From positions 14,230 to 78,229 of the forward strand of contig CAYQNA010000004.1 of the NCBI GenBank assembly GCA_964418775.1: a DNA stretch of 64,000 nucleotides. The letters run 5' to 3'. Below, in pieces: positions 53,832 to 63,417 of the stretch. The stretch comes from an uncultured Gammaproteobacteria bacterium. Its GTDB lineage: Bacteria; Patescibacteriota; Patescibacteriia; Magasanikbacterales; UBA922. The position numbers and the translations under genes are program-made. The notes under the pieces are model-generated. The model did no database searches. It was not told the DNA's origin and saw nothing but the letters and a program-made list of their open reading frames with translations. Position 1 is the stretch's first letter. Every line of letters begins with the position of its first letter.

Positions 53832-54275
53832 TTAGAACACTACTTTACCACCGGTTTTTTCAATGGCTGCAACTGCGCCCTTGGACGCAAGGCAACCCTG
53901 AACAGTGACGGCTTTGGTGAGTTTACCACTAGCAACGATTTTAACACCGTTGTTAATTGTGCTCACGATTTTGCGCTTAGCAAGCCAAACCGGCGTAATT
54001 GTTTGGTTGGCAACTGCAACGCGTTCCAAAGTGGTTAAATTAACCAACTCTGGCTTAGCATACATGCTCTTGAAACCACGGTTCTTTGGGACCTTCATCA
54101 AAGTGCGACGCAAACCAAGCACTTTAAGGCCACCGCGGCCACCAGTACGGGCCTTTTGACCCTTGGTACCTTTACCAGCGGTTGTACCTTTTTGCGAGGC
54201 ATTGCCACGGCCAACACGACGAGCACTGCGCGATACGCGACGGCCCGGGTTAAGTGTGTGGAGGGATAATGTCAT
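53832..54275 (-). CDS. rplO: 50S ribosomal protein L15
   Basis: RRVGRG...GKGTKGQKAR; operon position. Confidence 0.96.
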   Translation of the reverse strand: MTLSLHTLNPGRRVSRSARRVGRGNASQKGTTAGKGTKGQKARTGGRGGLKVLGLRRTLMKVPKNRGFKSMYAKPELVNLTTLERVAVANQTITPVWLAKRKIVSTINNGVKIVASGKLTKAVTVQGCLASKGAVAAIEKTGGKVVF

Positions 54276-54284
54276 AGGAGTAGA

Positions 54285-54878
54285 CTAAGCTTTAGCTTCG
54301 GCCTGCTTGGCTGGAGCGCGACGCACTACGCGTGGTGCTGACTTAGCTGGAGCAACTTCTTCCGAAGCAACTGAGGCAGCCACAGGAGCCAACTTGATGC
54401 GAGCAGTCTTAAAGCGATTCAAAGCAGCAAACACGGCTTTGATGTTGGCGATCTTGTTGTTGGTCTTACCGATCATTTTAGCCGATACGTTTGGTACACC
54501 AGCAAGTTCGAGCACGTTGCGTACTACACTGCCGGCAATAATACCCGAACCGCGTGGAGCTGGTTTGATCATGATTTTGGCAGCCTTGAACTTGGCTTCG
54601 ACGCGGTGAGGTACGCTTTCCTTTACCAAAGGAATGCGGATCATGTTCTTGCGAGCATTGTTCACAGCTTTTTCAACAGCCAATTGTACGTCCTTGCCTT
54701 TGCGTACGCCATAGCCAACACGGCCATTGCGGTCGCCAATAAGTACACAAGCGCGGAAGCTGAGCTGTTTACCACCCTTGGTCACGCGCGTAACGCGGGA
54801 CAAGTCAACGATAAACTGGTCAAACTCTGGCTTTTCTTTTGGTGGTCTGGGCTTGCGGTCCCGTTTTCCCTTATCCAT
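54285..54878 (-). CDS. rpsE: 30S ribosomal protein S5
   Basis: RVTRVTKGGK, PAPRGSGIIAG. Confidence 0.97.
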   Translation of the reverse strand: MDKGKRDRKPRPPKEKPEFDQFIVDLSRVTRVTKGGKQLSFRACVLIGDRNGRVGYGVRKGKDVQLAVEKAVNNARKNMIRIPLVKESVPHRVEAKFKAAKIMIKPAPRGSGIIAGSVVRNVLELAGVPNVSAKMIGKTNNKIANIKAVFAALNRFKTARIKLAPVAASVASEEVAPAKSAPRVVRRAPAKQAEAKA

Positions 54879-54890
54879 AGTCTGAGAATA

Positions 54891-55256
54891 TTAAAATTGC
54901 AAACCGCCGTCGCGTGCGCCTTCGGCAACTGCCTTAACGCGGCCGTGATAACGGAAACCGGCACGATCGAACACAATGGTAGTGATCTTGGCCGCAGCTG
55001 CGAGTTCGGCAATTTTCTTGCCAACCAAGTATGCTTCGGCTGATTTACCCTTGCGTTCACCAGCATCGCCACCTTTGGCCAATGTTTTACTGTGCACGCT
55101 AGCCACAGTGCGGCCAGTCGTGTCATCAATCAACTGAGCAAAGATGTTAAGCAAACTGCGGTGCACGTTCAAGCGTGGGCGTTCCGCTGTGCCGCTGATG
55201 CGGGCACGGATGCGGCCTTGGCGCAAACGACGTTTTTGTTGAGTAGTAGTCTTCAT
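54891..55256 (-). CDS. rplR: 50S ribosomal protein L18
   Basis: GTAERPRL, VFDRAGFRYHGRV. Confidence 0.97.
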   Translation of the reverse strand: MKTTTQQKRRLRQGRIRARISGTAERPRLNVHRSLLNIFAQLIDDTTGRTVASVHSKTLAKGGDAGERKGKSAEAYLVGKKIAELAAAAKITTIVFDRAGFRYHGRVKAVAEGARDGGLQF

Positions 55257-55268
55257 ACAAAATCAGGA

Positions 55269-55811
55269 TTAACCCTTAGCTGCAGTCTTACCAGCCTTGC
55301 GACGGATAGTTTCAGTAGCGTACTTGATACCCTTACCCTTATATGGTTCAGGTTTCTTAACCGCACGCAACTTTGCAGCGACATTACCCAACTGTTCGCG
55401 GTCAAAGCCAGTTAAACGGATCTGGTTTTTTTCCACGCTAGCAACAATGCCGGCTGGAATTGGGAAAATAACTGGGTGAGAAAAACCAACTTCGAGCTTA
55501 AGGTCTTTGCCTTGCATAGCAACGCGATAACCTACGCCGTTGATTTCTAAGTCTTTGGTAAAGCCTTCGGTTACGCCTTTCACCATGTTCTTAAGGTGAG
55601 CACCAGTTGTGCCCCAGAGCGAACGTTCAGATTTTTCATCTGGGTTCTGAACTGCGGCAGTAACTGTGTTGTCAGCAACTGTGACAGTAACCATGGCTGG
55701 AAAATTACGAGTGACCTCGCCTTTTGGACCTTTTACAGTCACAACGCCATTGTTAACGGTTACAGTAACGCCGCTCGGAATGGTAATGATTTGTTTGCCA
55801 ATGCGGGACAT
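55269..55811 (-). CDS. rplF: 50S ribosomal protein L6
   Basis: MSRIGK, PEPYKGKGIKY. Confidence 0.97.
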   Translation of the reverse strand: MSRIGKQIITIPSGVTVTVNNGVVTVKGPKGEVTRNFPAMVTVTVADNTVTAAVQNPDEKSERSLWGTTGAHLKNMVKGVTEGFTKDLEINGVGYRVAMQGKDLKLEVGFSHPVIFPIPAGIVASVEKNQIRLTGFDREQLGNVAAKLRAVKKPEPYKGKGIKYATETIRRKAGKTAAKG

Positions 55812-55818
55812 ATGCGTA

Positions 55819-56211
55819 TTAGTAAACCGTGCAAATAACCTCGCCGCCAAGGCCAAGTTTCTTGGCTTCGGTAACGGTCATCATACCACGAGAAGTCGAA
55901 ACAACAGCTGTGCCATAACCCGAGAGCACAGTTGGGAGTTCGTCTGCCTTGCGGTACATGCGGTGGCCAGGCTTGCTGGCGCGGTCAATGGCTTGGATTG
56001 CTGGCTCCTTGCCATTGTATTTAAGTTCAACTACAAGCTGAGCTACTGGTTTTGCGTCAACGCGGTTGACACCAGCAACATAACCCTCGCGGTGCAAAAT
56101 TTCCACGATCGCGAGTTTGAGTTTAGAAAATGGAATGCTTACCTGGCGCTTACCTGCCATCTGGCCGTTGCGAATCCGGGTGAGCATGTCGGCAATTGTA
56201 TCAGTCATCAT
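55819..56211 (-). CDS. rpsH: 30S ribosomal protein S8
   Basis: DTIADMLTRIRN, STSRG, GGEV. Confidence 0.97.
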   Translation of the reverse strand: MMTDTIADMLTRIRNGQMAGKRQVSIPFSKLKLAIVEILHREGYVAGVNRVDAKPVAQLVVELKYNGKEPAIQAIDRASKPGHRMYRKADELPTVLSGYGTAVVSTSRGMMTVTEAKKLGLGGEVICTVY

Positions 56212-56225
56212 AGGGGTTCAATTAA

Positions 56226-56411
56226 TTACCAGCTGGACTTGCGAATGCCCGGAATAAGTCCCTGGTTGGCCAATTCGCGGAAGCAGATGCGGCACATGTT
56301 GAATGGACGCAAATACGAACGCTTGCGGCCGCATTTCCAGCAGCGGCGCACCACGCGAGTGCTGTACTTTGGCTTTTTGGCCGATTTGGCAATTTGTGCT
56401 TGTGTAGCCAT
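56226..56411 (-). CDS. rpsN: 30S ribosomal protein S14 (type Z, Zn-binding)
   Basis: RCWKCGR...CRICFRELA...PGIRKSSW. Confidence 0.97.
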   Translation of the reverse strand: MATQAQIAKSAKKPKYSTRVVRRCWKCGRKRSYLRPFNMCRICFRELANQGLIPGIRKSSW

Positions 56412-56417
56412 AGAAAA

Positions 56418-56966
56418 TTACTTTTTGCGGAATGGGAAGCCCAAGTGGGTCAGCAAGGCGCGACCTTCTTCCTTGGACGTGGCCGTAGTAGCCACAGTGA
56501 TTTCCATACCATGGATAATATCATTGGCATCCACACCGGCAATTTCCGGGAAAGCCAAATGTTCTTTAAAACCCAAAGTGTAGTTGCCGCGGGCATCAAA
56601 GGCAGTTGGACTAATACCGCGGAAGTCGCGCACGCGAGGCAAGGTCAAGGAGACCAACTTGTCCAAAAATTCGTACATGCGTGGACCGCGGAGTGTAACC
56701 GAGGCGCCAACTGGCATGCCTTCACGAATTTTGAAGTTGGAAATTGATTTCTTGGCTTTGTTGCGTACTGGTTTTTGACCACTGATCTGGGTCAAAGTGC
56801 GTTCCACGCTTTCGATGAACTTTTCTTCTTTGGCGTGGCGACCAAAACCAACATTAATCACAACCTTGGATACGCGAGGCACCTGCATGATGTTGCTGTA
56901 ACCGCGTTCAGCCTTGAGGGCTGGGACCACGGTTTTTTTGTAGGCTGTATATAAACGGGATTCCAT
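56418..56966 (-). CDS. rplE: 50S ribosomal protein L5
   Basis: SGQKP...KSISNFKIREG...LPRVRDFRG. Confidence 0.97.
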   Translation of the reverse strand: MESRLYTAYKKTVVPALKAERGYSNIMQVPRVSKVVINVGFGRHAKEEKFIESVERTLTQISGQKPVRNKAKKSISNFKIREGMPVGASVTLRGPRMYEFLDKLVSLTLPRVRDFRGISPTAFDARGNYTLGFKEHLAFPEIAGVDANDIIHGMEITVATTATSKEEGRALLTHLGFPFRKK

Positions 56967-56976
56967 AAGTGGTAGC

Positions 56977-57294
56977 TTAAGCAATAATTTCACCACTGGC
57001 GCGAGCAACGCGCTTCTTTTCGCCACCCTCGGTCTTGAAACCAACACGGGTTGGACGATTAGTTTTAGCATCTACCAACATCACCTTGCTGATGGCCATA
57101 GGTGCCGAAAAATCAACTGCACGACCAGCCTCGCTACCACGAGTACGGCGCAGGTGCTTTTTGCGTTGGTTCATACCTTCCACGACCACAAATGTGCCGC
57201 GGCCGGCTACGGTCAGAACCTGGGTAACCTTGCCGGTTTTGCCATGGTCCTTGCCCGATAATACTTTTACGTTGTCGCCAGTTTTGATCTTCAT
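56977..57294 (-). CDS. rplX: 50S ribosomal protein L24
   Basis: KIKTGDNVKVLSGKDHGKTG KOW motif. Confidence 0.96.
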   Translation of the reverse strand: MKIKTGDNVKVLSGKDHGKTGKVTQVLTVAGRGTFVVVEGMNQRKKHLRRTRGSEAGRAVDFSAPMAISKVMLVDAKTNRPTRVGFKTEGGEKKRVARASGEIIA

Positions 57295-57303
57295 AGGATA
57301 ATT

Positions 57304-57675
57304 CTAGAGAACTTCTGGAGCCAAAGACACGATTTTCTGGAAGCCTTTGGTGCGGAGTTCGCGAGCCACTGGTCCGAAAATACGACTGCCTTTTGGTTCA
57401 TTGTTCTTAGTATCGATAATGACAGCAGCGTTTTCGTCAAAACGGATGTAAGTACCGTCTTTACGGCGGGTTTCTTTGCGCTGACGGACAATAACCGCCT
57501 GAACAACTTCACCCTTTTTCACTGTGCCACGTGGGGCTGCTTCTTTTACAGAGCAGACAATAATGTCGCCAATGCGAGCGTAACGCTTCTGGAAACCACC
57601 AAGAACGCGGATACACATAAGCAGTTTGGCGCCGGTATTGTCGGCAACCTGGAGCATACTGCGGTGTTGAATCAT
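57304..57675 (-). CDS. rplN: 50S ribosomal protein L14
   Basis: [25 protein letters not shown]. Confidence 0.97.
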   Translation of the reverse strand: MIQHRSMLQVADNTGAKLLMCIRVLGGFQKRYARIGDIIVCSVKEAAPRGTVKKGEVVQAVIVRQRKETRRKDGTYIRFDENAAVIIDTKNNEPKGSRIFGPVARELRTKGFQKIVSLAPEVL

Positions 57676-57698
57676 ATGCGCAAAATCAAGTATCAAAA

Positions 57699-58016
57699 TT
57701 ACGCCGCAGTTACCAAACGCCAGCGCTTAGTGCGGCTGAGCGGACGGCACTCTTCGAACGTTACGACTTGGCCAACTTTGGCTTCGTTATTTTCATCGTG
57801 AACCGCGTATTTGCGGCTAACCGAATACTGCTTGCGGTACTTGGCGTTTTCGCGGCGCATTTCTACGCGCACGCTAATCGTTTTTTGACCAGGAGCAGTT
57901 ACCACGACGCCGGTAAAACGGCGGTGGCGCTTTGGCTGAGCGGCTACTGGAGCAGCTGCAGTTGTAGTGGCCTTCTTGGCAGTCGCCTTTTTGGCCGGTG
58001 TTTTGGTAGTAGGCAT
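57699..58016 (-). CDS. rpsQ: 30S ribosomal protein S17
   Basis: HDENN...[11 protein letters not shown]; N-terminal Lys/Ala extension. Confidence 0.95.
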   Translation of the reverse strand: MPTTKTPAKKATAKKATTTAAAPVAAQPKRHRRFTGVVVTAPGQKTISVRVEMRRENAKYRKQYSVSRKYAVHDENNEAKVGQVVTFEECRPLSRTKRWRLVTAA

Positions 58017-58027
58017 ACAATGGGAAA

Positions 58028-58219
58028 TTAAGCGGCCTTATTGGCGTTCTGCTGTGTACGGAGGCGAGCAATTGTGCGGCGAGCCACACGGATGCTGCGT
58101 ACAGCTGGCAATTGACGTTCGGCATTGCGAGCGCGCAAATTGCGCAGGGTTTCGCGCTGTTCGGCCAAGTTCTTGTGCAATTCTGCGCCCGACAATTTTT
58201 TGATATCTTGCTTGTCCAT
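58028..58219 (-). CDS. rpmC: 50S ribosomal protein L29
   Basis: IRVARRTIARLRT; operon position. Confidence 0.92.
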   Translation of the reverse strand: MDKQDIKKLSGAELHKNLAEQRETLRNLRARNAERQLPAVRSIRVARRTIARLRTQQNANKAA

Positions 58220-58230
58220 AGTCGGTAGAA

Positions 58231-58641
58231 TTAGCGCTTAATAAACTTAGCCCGGAGTGGCAGCTTGTGAGCTGAGTCGAGCAAGGCTTCGCGTGCTTTG
58301 TCTTCTGGAATACCTTCCATTTCAAAGAGAACGGTACCTGGCTTAACAGTGCTTACATAATGGTCTGGCGAACCCTTACCACCACCCATCGGCTGTTCAT
58401 TACTTTTCACAGTCACTGGACGGTCTGGGAACACGCGGATCCAAATCTTACCACCGCGCTTAACGTAGCGAGTCAATACGCGACGGGCAGCTTCGATCTG
58501 GCGGGAAGTAACCCACGCATGGTCGAGTGCCAAGAGCGCAAAGCTACCAAAGGCAACAGTGTTAGTGCGAGTGGCCACGCCCTTGTTGTTGCGACGTGGT
58601 TTATGCCACTTGCGGTGTTTAACTTTTTTAGGTAGTAACAT
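58231..58641 (-). CDS. rplP: 50S ribosomal protein L16
   Basis: [22 protein letters not shown]. Confidence 0.97.
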   Translation of the reverse strand: MLLPKKVKHRKWHKPRRNNKGVATRTNTVAFGSFALLALDHAWVTSRQIEAARRVLTRYVKRGGKIWIRVFPDRPVTVKSNEQPMGGGKGSPDHYVSTVKPGTVLFEMEGIPEDKAREALLDSAHKLPLRAKFIKR

Positions 58642-58655
58642 ATAGGCCAAAACAA

Positions 58656-59339
58656 TTATTTCTTGGCTTCAGTAGTGGCCGCAGTTTGAGCTAAGCGGTC
58701 AATACGTTCGAATGATTCGCCTTTGTAGATCCACACCTTGATACCGATCGAACCATACATGGTCTGAGCTTTGCCATAAGCAAAGTCAACATTACTGCGG
58801 AGTGTAATCAAAGGAATCTTACCCTGAGACAATTTTTCACTGCGAGCAATCTCGGCACCATTCAAACGGCCACCCATGGAGATTTTCACACCCTGAGCAC
58901 CTGCCTTCATGACGCGTTCAATGTGCTGCTTCATCACACGGCGGAATGCCATGCGTGCCTCAATGTCTTTAGCAACACTGGTTGCTACGGCGTTAGCTGA
59001 CAATGATGGTGCAGTTACTTCCTGAACCTGCAAGCGAACTTTGTTCGACATTTGCAAGAAACGACGCTCCAAATCCTTGCGGAGTTGGTCCAAGCCCTGG
59101 CCGCCGCGACCAATGATTACGCCTGGTTTGCCAGCGTAAAGGGTAATGGTAATATTTTTTGGACCGCGTTCGATGTAAACTTCATCGAGAGCAGCTTCTT
59201 TGAATTTGGTTTGCAAGAATTCGCGGATGCGGATATCTTGTTCCAAATTCTTGGCATAGTCAGCACCACCCACCCAGCGCGAAGTCCAGGGGAAAAGTAC
59301 CGGCATGCGGTGAATTTTTGGATGAATCTTGTGACCCAT
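58656..59339 (-). CDS. rpsC: 30S ribosomal protein S3
   Basis: MGHKIHP, PGVIIGRGG, GRLNGAEIARSE. Confidence 0.97.
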   Translation of the reverse strand: MGHKIHPKIHRMPVLFPWTSRWVGGADYAKNLEQDIRIREFLQTKFKEAALDEVYIERGPKNITITLYAGKPGVIIGRGGQGLDQLRKDLERRFLQMSNKVRLQVQEVTAPSLSANAVATSVAKDIEARMAFRRVMKQHIERVMKAGAQGVKISMGGRLNGAEIARSEKLSQGKIPLITLRSNVDFAYGKAQTMYGSIGIKVWIYKGESFERIDRLAQTAATTEAKK

Positions 59340-59361
59340 AGCGCAAAGTCAAAGCGAATAA

Positions 59362-59790
59362 TTAAGCCTTTTTGGCACGAGGTGCGCGTGGCTTTTTAGC
59401 AACTGGCGCAGCCTCCTCGACCGCTTCGGCTTTTTCAGCCTTGGCAGTACCATTTCCACTCAGCACGAGTGTAACATGGGAAGTGCGCTTGCGGATTGGC
59501 GTGGCACGACCCATAGCGCGTGGCATCCAGCGGTGCAAAGTCGCACCACTGTTTACGGCTGTACTGGTAATCACCAAGGACGAAACTTCGGCCTGGTGGT
59601 TGTGGGTAGCATTGGCAATCGCTGACTGGAGCAATTTCATAACTGGACGAGCAGCGTGCTTGCGGGAGAATTGCAACTGTTGGACAGCTGCTTCGGCCGA
59701 CATGCCTTTGATAAGGTCAGTTACCAAACGAACCTTGCGTGGACTCATGCGGAAGTTGTTCAAATGTGCCTTGGTTTCGAAAGTAGTCAT
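59362..59790 (-). CDS. rplV: 50S ribosomal protein L22
   Basis: SPRKVRLV, PRAMGRA..IRKRTSH. Confidence 0.97.
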   Translation of the reverse strand: MTTFETKAHLNNFRMSPRKVRLVTDLIKGMSAEAAVQQLQFSRKHAARPVMKLLQSAIANATHNHQAEVSSLVITSTAVNSGATLHRWMPRAMGRATPIRKRTSHVTLVLSGNGTAKAEKAEAVEEAAPVAKKPRAPRAKKA

Positions 59791-59801
59791 ATTCAGGCAA
59801 T

Positions 59802-60122
59802 TTACTTCTTAGCAGCTGGAGCAGCTGCTGACTTGGCAGCAGGTGCTGCCTGTTCCTTGGCCATCTTACCACCATGACCCAAGAATTTGCGGGTTGGGGA
59901 AAATTCACCCAGTTTGTGGCCGACCATGTTTTCTTCCACATAAACCGAGGTAAATACTTTGCCGTTGTGCACAGCAAAAGTCATACCCACCATTTCTGGA
60001 GTGATAGTTGAGGAACGGGACCAAGTCTTGATTGGGGCGCGATTATTAGTCGCTTTAGCCACCTGAACCTTGGCCAATAGCTTGGCTTCGGTAAAAGGGC
60101 CTTTTTTTAAACTTCTGGACAT
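59802..60122 (-). CDS. rpsS: 30S ribosomal protein S19
   Basis: [24 protein letters not shown]. Confidence 0.97.
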   Translation of the reverse strand: MSRSLKKGPFTEAKLLAKVQVAKATNNRAPIKTWSRSSTITPEMVGMTFAVHNGKVFTSVYVEENMVGHKLGEFSPTRKFLGHGGKMAKEQAAPAAKSAAAPAAKK

Positions 60123-60143
60123 ATTACAAAAGTGAACTAGGGA

Positions 60144-60986
60144 TTATTTGCCCCGAGCTGGACGACGGCTCAAAATGAGCTTGTCGCTGGCTTTGGAACG
60201 GCGAGACTTAACGCCGAGGGCTTTCTTACCCCACTTGGTCTTAGGACCACCCTTCAAACCGATTGGGTTGCGGCCCTCACCACCACCGTGTGGGTGGTCA
60301 ACTGGGTTCATAACCTTACCACGGACAACTGGACGCCACCCCTTGAGACGCTTGCGACCAGCTTTACCCAAGCGAACGAGCTTGTAGTCTGGGTTACCAA
60401 CCTGACCAACAGTGGCAGCGCATTCAGCGAGCACTAAGCGAACTTCACCAGATGGCAACTTAAGCTGGGCATAGCGACCTTCAAGTGTTTGAAACTGAGC
60501 CCCAACACCAGCCGAGCGCACGAGCTGACCGCCCTTGCCTGGTTCAAGCTCAATGTTATACACAAACAAACCAACTGGGATATGCTTAAGCGGCATGCGA
60601 GCACCAGTCGTGGCTTCGATCTGGTTTTTGGAAGACATAACACTGTCCCCTACTTTCATACCCTGAGGTACGATAACATAGGCCTTGGACTTGTCAGCGT
60701 ACTCAACGAGAGCAATGCGAGGACCACGGTTTGGATCGTATTCAATCGTAGCAATCTTGCCTGGTACATCGTAATTTGCCAAACGGAAGTCAACCAAACG
60801 GTAAAGACGCTTAGCGCCGCCGCCGCGATGGCGAACAGTAATAATACCACTGTGGTTGCGGCCGGCATTTTGCTTACGAACAGTGGTCAAAGATTTTACT
60901 GGCTTACTCGAAGTAACGTCAGAAAAATCCTGAACACTGCCCTGACGGCGACTATTAGTGGTGGATTTGTAGAGTTTAATCGGCAT
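60144..60986 (-). CDS. rplB: 50S ribosomal protein L2
   Basis: IEYDPNR, MNPVDHPHGGGEG. Confidence 0.98.
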   Translation of the reverse strand: MPIKLYKSTTNSRRQGSVQDFSDVTSSKPVKSLTTVRKQNAGRNHSGIITVRHRGGGAKRLYRLVDFRLANYDVPGKIATIEYDPNRGPRIALVEYADKSKAYVIVPQGMKVGDSVMSSKNQIEATTGARMPLKHIPVGLFVYNIELEPGKGGQLVRSAGVGAQFQTLEGRYAQLKLPSGEVRLVLAECAATVGQVGNPDYKLVRLGKAGRKRLKGWRPVVRGKVMNPVDHPHGGGEGRNPIGLKGGPKTKWGKKALGVKSRRSKASDKLILSRRPARGK

Positions 60987-60996
60987 ATAAATTCCG

Positions 60997-61344
60997 TTAG
61001 ACGCCAGTGTGAATACTGATCGTCTGACCAGCTGGCAAGGTCACAATGGCCTTTTTCCAGTCTTTGCGACGACCAATTGTGCGGCCAAAGCGTACTTCTT
61101 TACCTTCGACATTCACCGTGCGAACCTGTGTTGGGCGAACGCCGTACACTTGTTCAACCGCAGCAATAACCTGAGTCTTGGTAGCATCTTTGGTAACCAC
61201 AAAAGTGTACACACCTTTAGTTTCAGCATGGGCCGCTTTTTCACTCACCAATGGGCGAACAATTACGCGGTAGGCTGCACCCAAACGACCGGCTTTTTGA
61301 GCTGAGGCTTCGGTGACTGACTTGGTTTTTTTAGTAGTAGCCAT
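60997..61344 (-). CDS. rplW: 50S ribosomal protein L23
   Basis: PLVSEK, WKKAIVTL. Confidence 0.96.
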   Translation of the reverse strand: MATTKKTKSVTEASAQKAGRLGAAYRVIVRPLVSEKAAHAETKGVYTFVVTKDATKTQVIAAVEQVYGVRPTQVRTVNVEGKEVRFGRTIGRRKDWKKAIVTLPAGQTISIHTGV

Positions 61345-61351
61345 ATCAGTT

Positions 61352-61978
61352 TTAGTTTAAACGCTTCTCAAGCGCCTGAACTGCAGCGCGTGTAGCAATA
61401 ATGTATTGGTTCTGCAACAAGTCAGCGACGTTGAGTTCGGCAGCGCGAACTACTTCGGTCTTGGACAAGTTGTTTACGGCTTGGTGTGTGCTCTGTTCTG
61501 TAGTTGTCGTAACAATCAAAGCCGTGCGGCCAGCGCCTGGCAATTTTGCGCGCAAAGCAGACAAAGTTTTGGTCTTGGCATCGGTTGGAAGTGATTCAAC
61601 AATCACCAAACGAGCGTCGGCCAATTTGTCGCTAAGGCACATTTTAACTGCCAAAGAGTTGGTCTTCTTGTTGATTTTCTGTTTGTAGTTGCGGATCGAA
61701 AGTGGACCAAAAGTCACACCACCGCCCTTCCAGATTGGAGAGCGAATCGAACCATGACGAGCGCGACCAGTACCTTTTTGTTTCCAAGGTTTCTTACCAC
61801 CACCGCGAACTTCGCCGCGGCCTTTGGTGTCTGCCCAAGCTTCACGAGCATTGGCCATGAGCGATACAAATACTTGGTGCACCACGTCAACCTTTGGAGT
61901 TACCCCAAAAGTTGCGTCAGCCAAATCGATTTCGCCTGCAGCTTCGCCGGTTTGGTTAAAAAGTTTTACTTTTGCCAT
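61352..61978 (-). CDS. rplD: 50S ribosomal protein L4
   Basis: GGGKKPWKQKGTGRARHGSIRSP. Confidence 0.97.
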   Translation of the reverse strand: MAKVKLFNQTGEAAGEIDLADATFGVTPKVDVVHQVFVSLMANAREAWADTKGRGEVRGGGKKPWKQKGTGRARHGSIRSPIWKGGGVTFGPLSIRNYKQKINKKTNSLAVKMCLSDKLADARLVIVESLPTDAKTKTLSALRAKLPGAGRTALIVTTTTEQSTHQAVNNLSKTEVVRAAELNVADLLQNQYIIATRAAVQALEKRLN

Positions 61979-61988
61979 ATAGTCAAAA

Positions 61989-62717
61989 TTAGGCTTGAGC
62001 TTCGGCAGTAGCTTCTTCGGCTACTGTTTCAGTGACTACTTCCGGAGCCGCGACCTCGGCTGGAGCTGGAGCTTCGACTGTAATTGAACCATTGTTGGTA
62101 GAAATTACAACCAAGCCATTGCGAGCACCTGGGATTGCACCCTTAACCCACAGTTCGTTAGTTTCTGGGTGGATTTCAACCACTTCCAAATTCTTAACTG
62201 TGATCTGGGCATCGCCCATGTGACCGGCCATGCGCATGTCTTTAAAAACGCGCTGCACACCACCGGCACCAATGGAACCAGGCATACGCAGGTTGTCTTT
62301 GTGACCGTGAGAGGCTGGACCACCGGCAAAGCCGTGGCGGCGCACTACACCCTGGAAGCCCTTACCTTTGGAAGTACCAACTACCTGGACTTTTTCGCCC
62401 TGGGTAAAGATACTGACCGTAAACCGGTCACCACGCTTAAGGTTGTGACCCTGTTCAATGGCCTGGCTGCGGAGGTAACGCACAGTGGCGCCCGGAGCAG
62501 TTTCCAAACCCTGAACATGGCCGCGTTCGGCGCGGTTCAATCTAAATGTTTTCTGTTCGCCAAAACCAATCTGCACGGCAGTAACACTGTCATTTTCAAC
62601 TGTCTTGACTTGTGTTACAACGCACGGGCCGGCTTGGACACGGGTAACCGGAACAACTGTTCCGTTGGCGGAAAAAACCTGTGTCATGCCAATTTTTTTT
62701 CCCAAGATAAACTTCAT
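61989..62717 (-). CDS. rplC: 50S ribosomal protein L3
   Basis: GKKIGMTQ, SKGKGFQG, MAGHMG. Confidence 0.97.
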   Translation of the reverse strand: MKFILGKKIGMTQVFSANGTVVPVTRVQAGPCVVTQVKTVENDSVTAVQIGFGEQKTFRLNRAERGHVQGLETAPGATVRYLRSQAIEQGHNLKRGDRFTVSIFTQGEKVQVVGTSKGKGFQGVVRRHGFAGGPASHGHKDNLRMPGSIGAGGVQRVFKDMRMAGHMGDAQITVKNLEVVEIHPETNELWVKGAIPGARNGLVVISTNNGSITVEAPAPAEVAAPEVVTETVAEEATAEAQA

Positions 62718-62995
62718 ATCCTGCACGCTAGTATTAAAAAACTAGAAGGTGAAACAGTATAAAACGGGATTACCCACAACCTGGGTTTCTCTAATCCTCA
62801 ATAGTGTTTCGCCTTCTAGCCTCTTGTTTGCCTATTGCTAGGCAAAAATTTTGGCTTAATTAAGGTAAATTTGATCTTATCACCTCAAACGCGCGTGTGC
62901 TCTCGCCAGATGTTTTTCCGAAGAATCTTATCTGTGCCAAGACACGAACGAAATTAGAATACGACTATTGTACTAGAAAACTGACCAATTGTCAA
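62718..62995 (-). promoter_or_regulatory. Internal promoter and structured leader of rplC
   Basis: TTGACA-17-TACAAT (62967-62995), then a ~245-nt leader with a long stem (62742-62819) and a hairpin (62828-62847). Confidence 0.7.
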
Positions 62996-63017
62996 GGGGA
63001 AAACCGCCAGACACGTT

Positions 63018-63353
63018 TTACATCATTTTGATCTCAACATCGACGCCACTAGGAAGGTTCAAGTTCATGAGTGCGTCCACAGCTTTTGGGGTTGGATTGA
63101 GGATATCAATCAAACGCTTGTGGGTACGCATTTCATACTGTTCCTGCGCAGTTTTGTGGATGAAGGTGGCGCGGTTAACGCTGTACTTCTGGATTTGCGT
63201 TGGGAGCGGTACTGGACCAACTACCTGGACGCCATTACGTTCGGCCGTGTCAATGATGGTCTTTGTAGCCCCATCAATGATTTTGTGGTCGTACGCTTTG
63301 ATCTTGATGCGGACACGTGGACCGCTGCTGGCTGTTTTTTCGCTGGTTGACAT
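63018..63353 (-). CDS. rpsJ: 30S ribosomal protein S10
   Basis: [27 protein letters not shown]. Confidence 0.97.
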   Translation of the reverse strand: MSTSEKTASSGPRVRIKIKAYDHKIIDGATKTIIDTAERNGVQVVGPVPLPTQIQKYSVNRATFIHKTAQEQYEMRTHKRLIDILNPTPKAVDALMNLNLPSGVDVEIKMM

Positions 63354-63417
63354 AGAGACAAAGAACAAGGCAAAGACCCCGCTGTCCTTATGGACGAGCG
63401 GGGCCTTGAGCCTGGTA

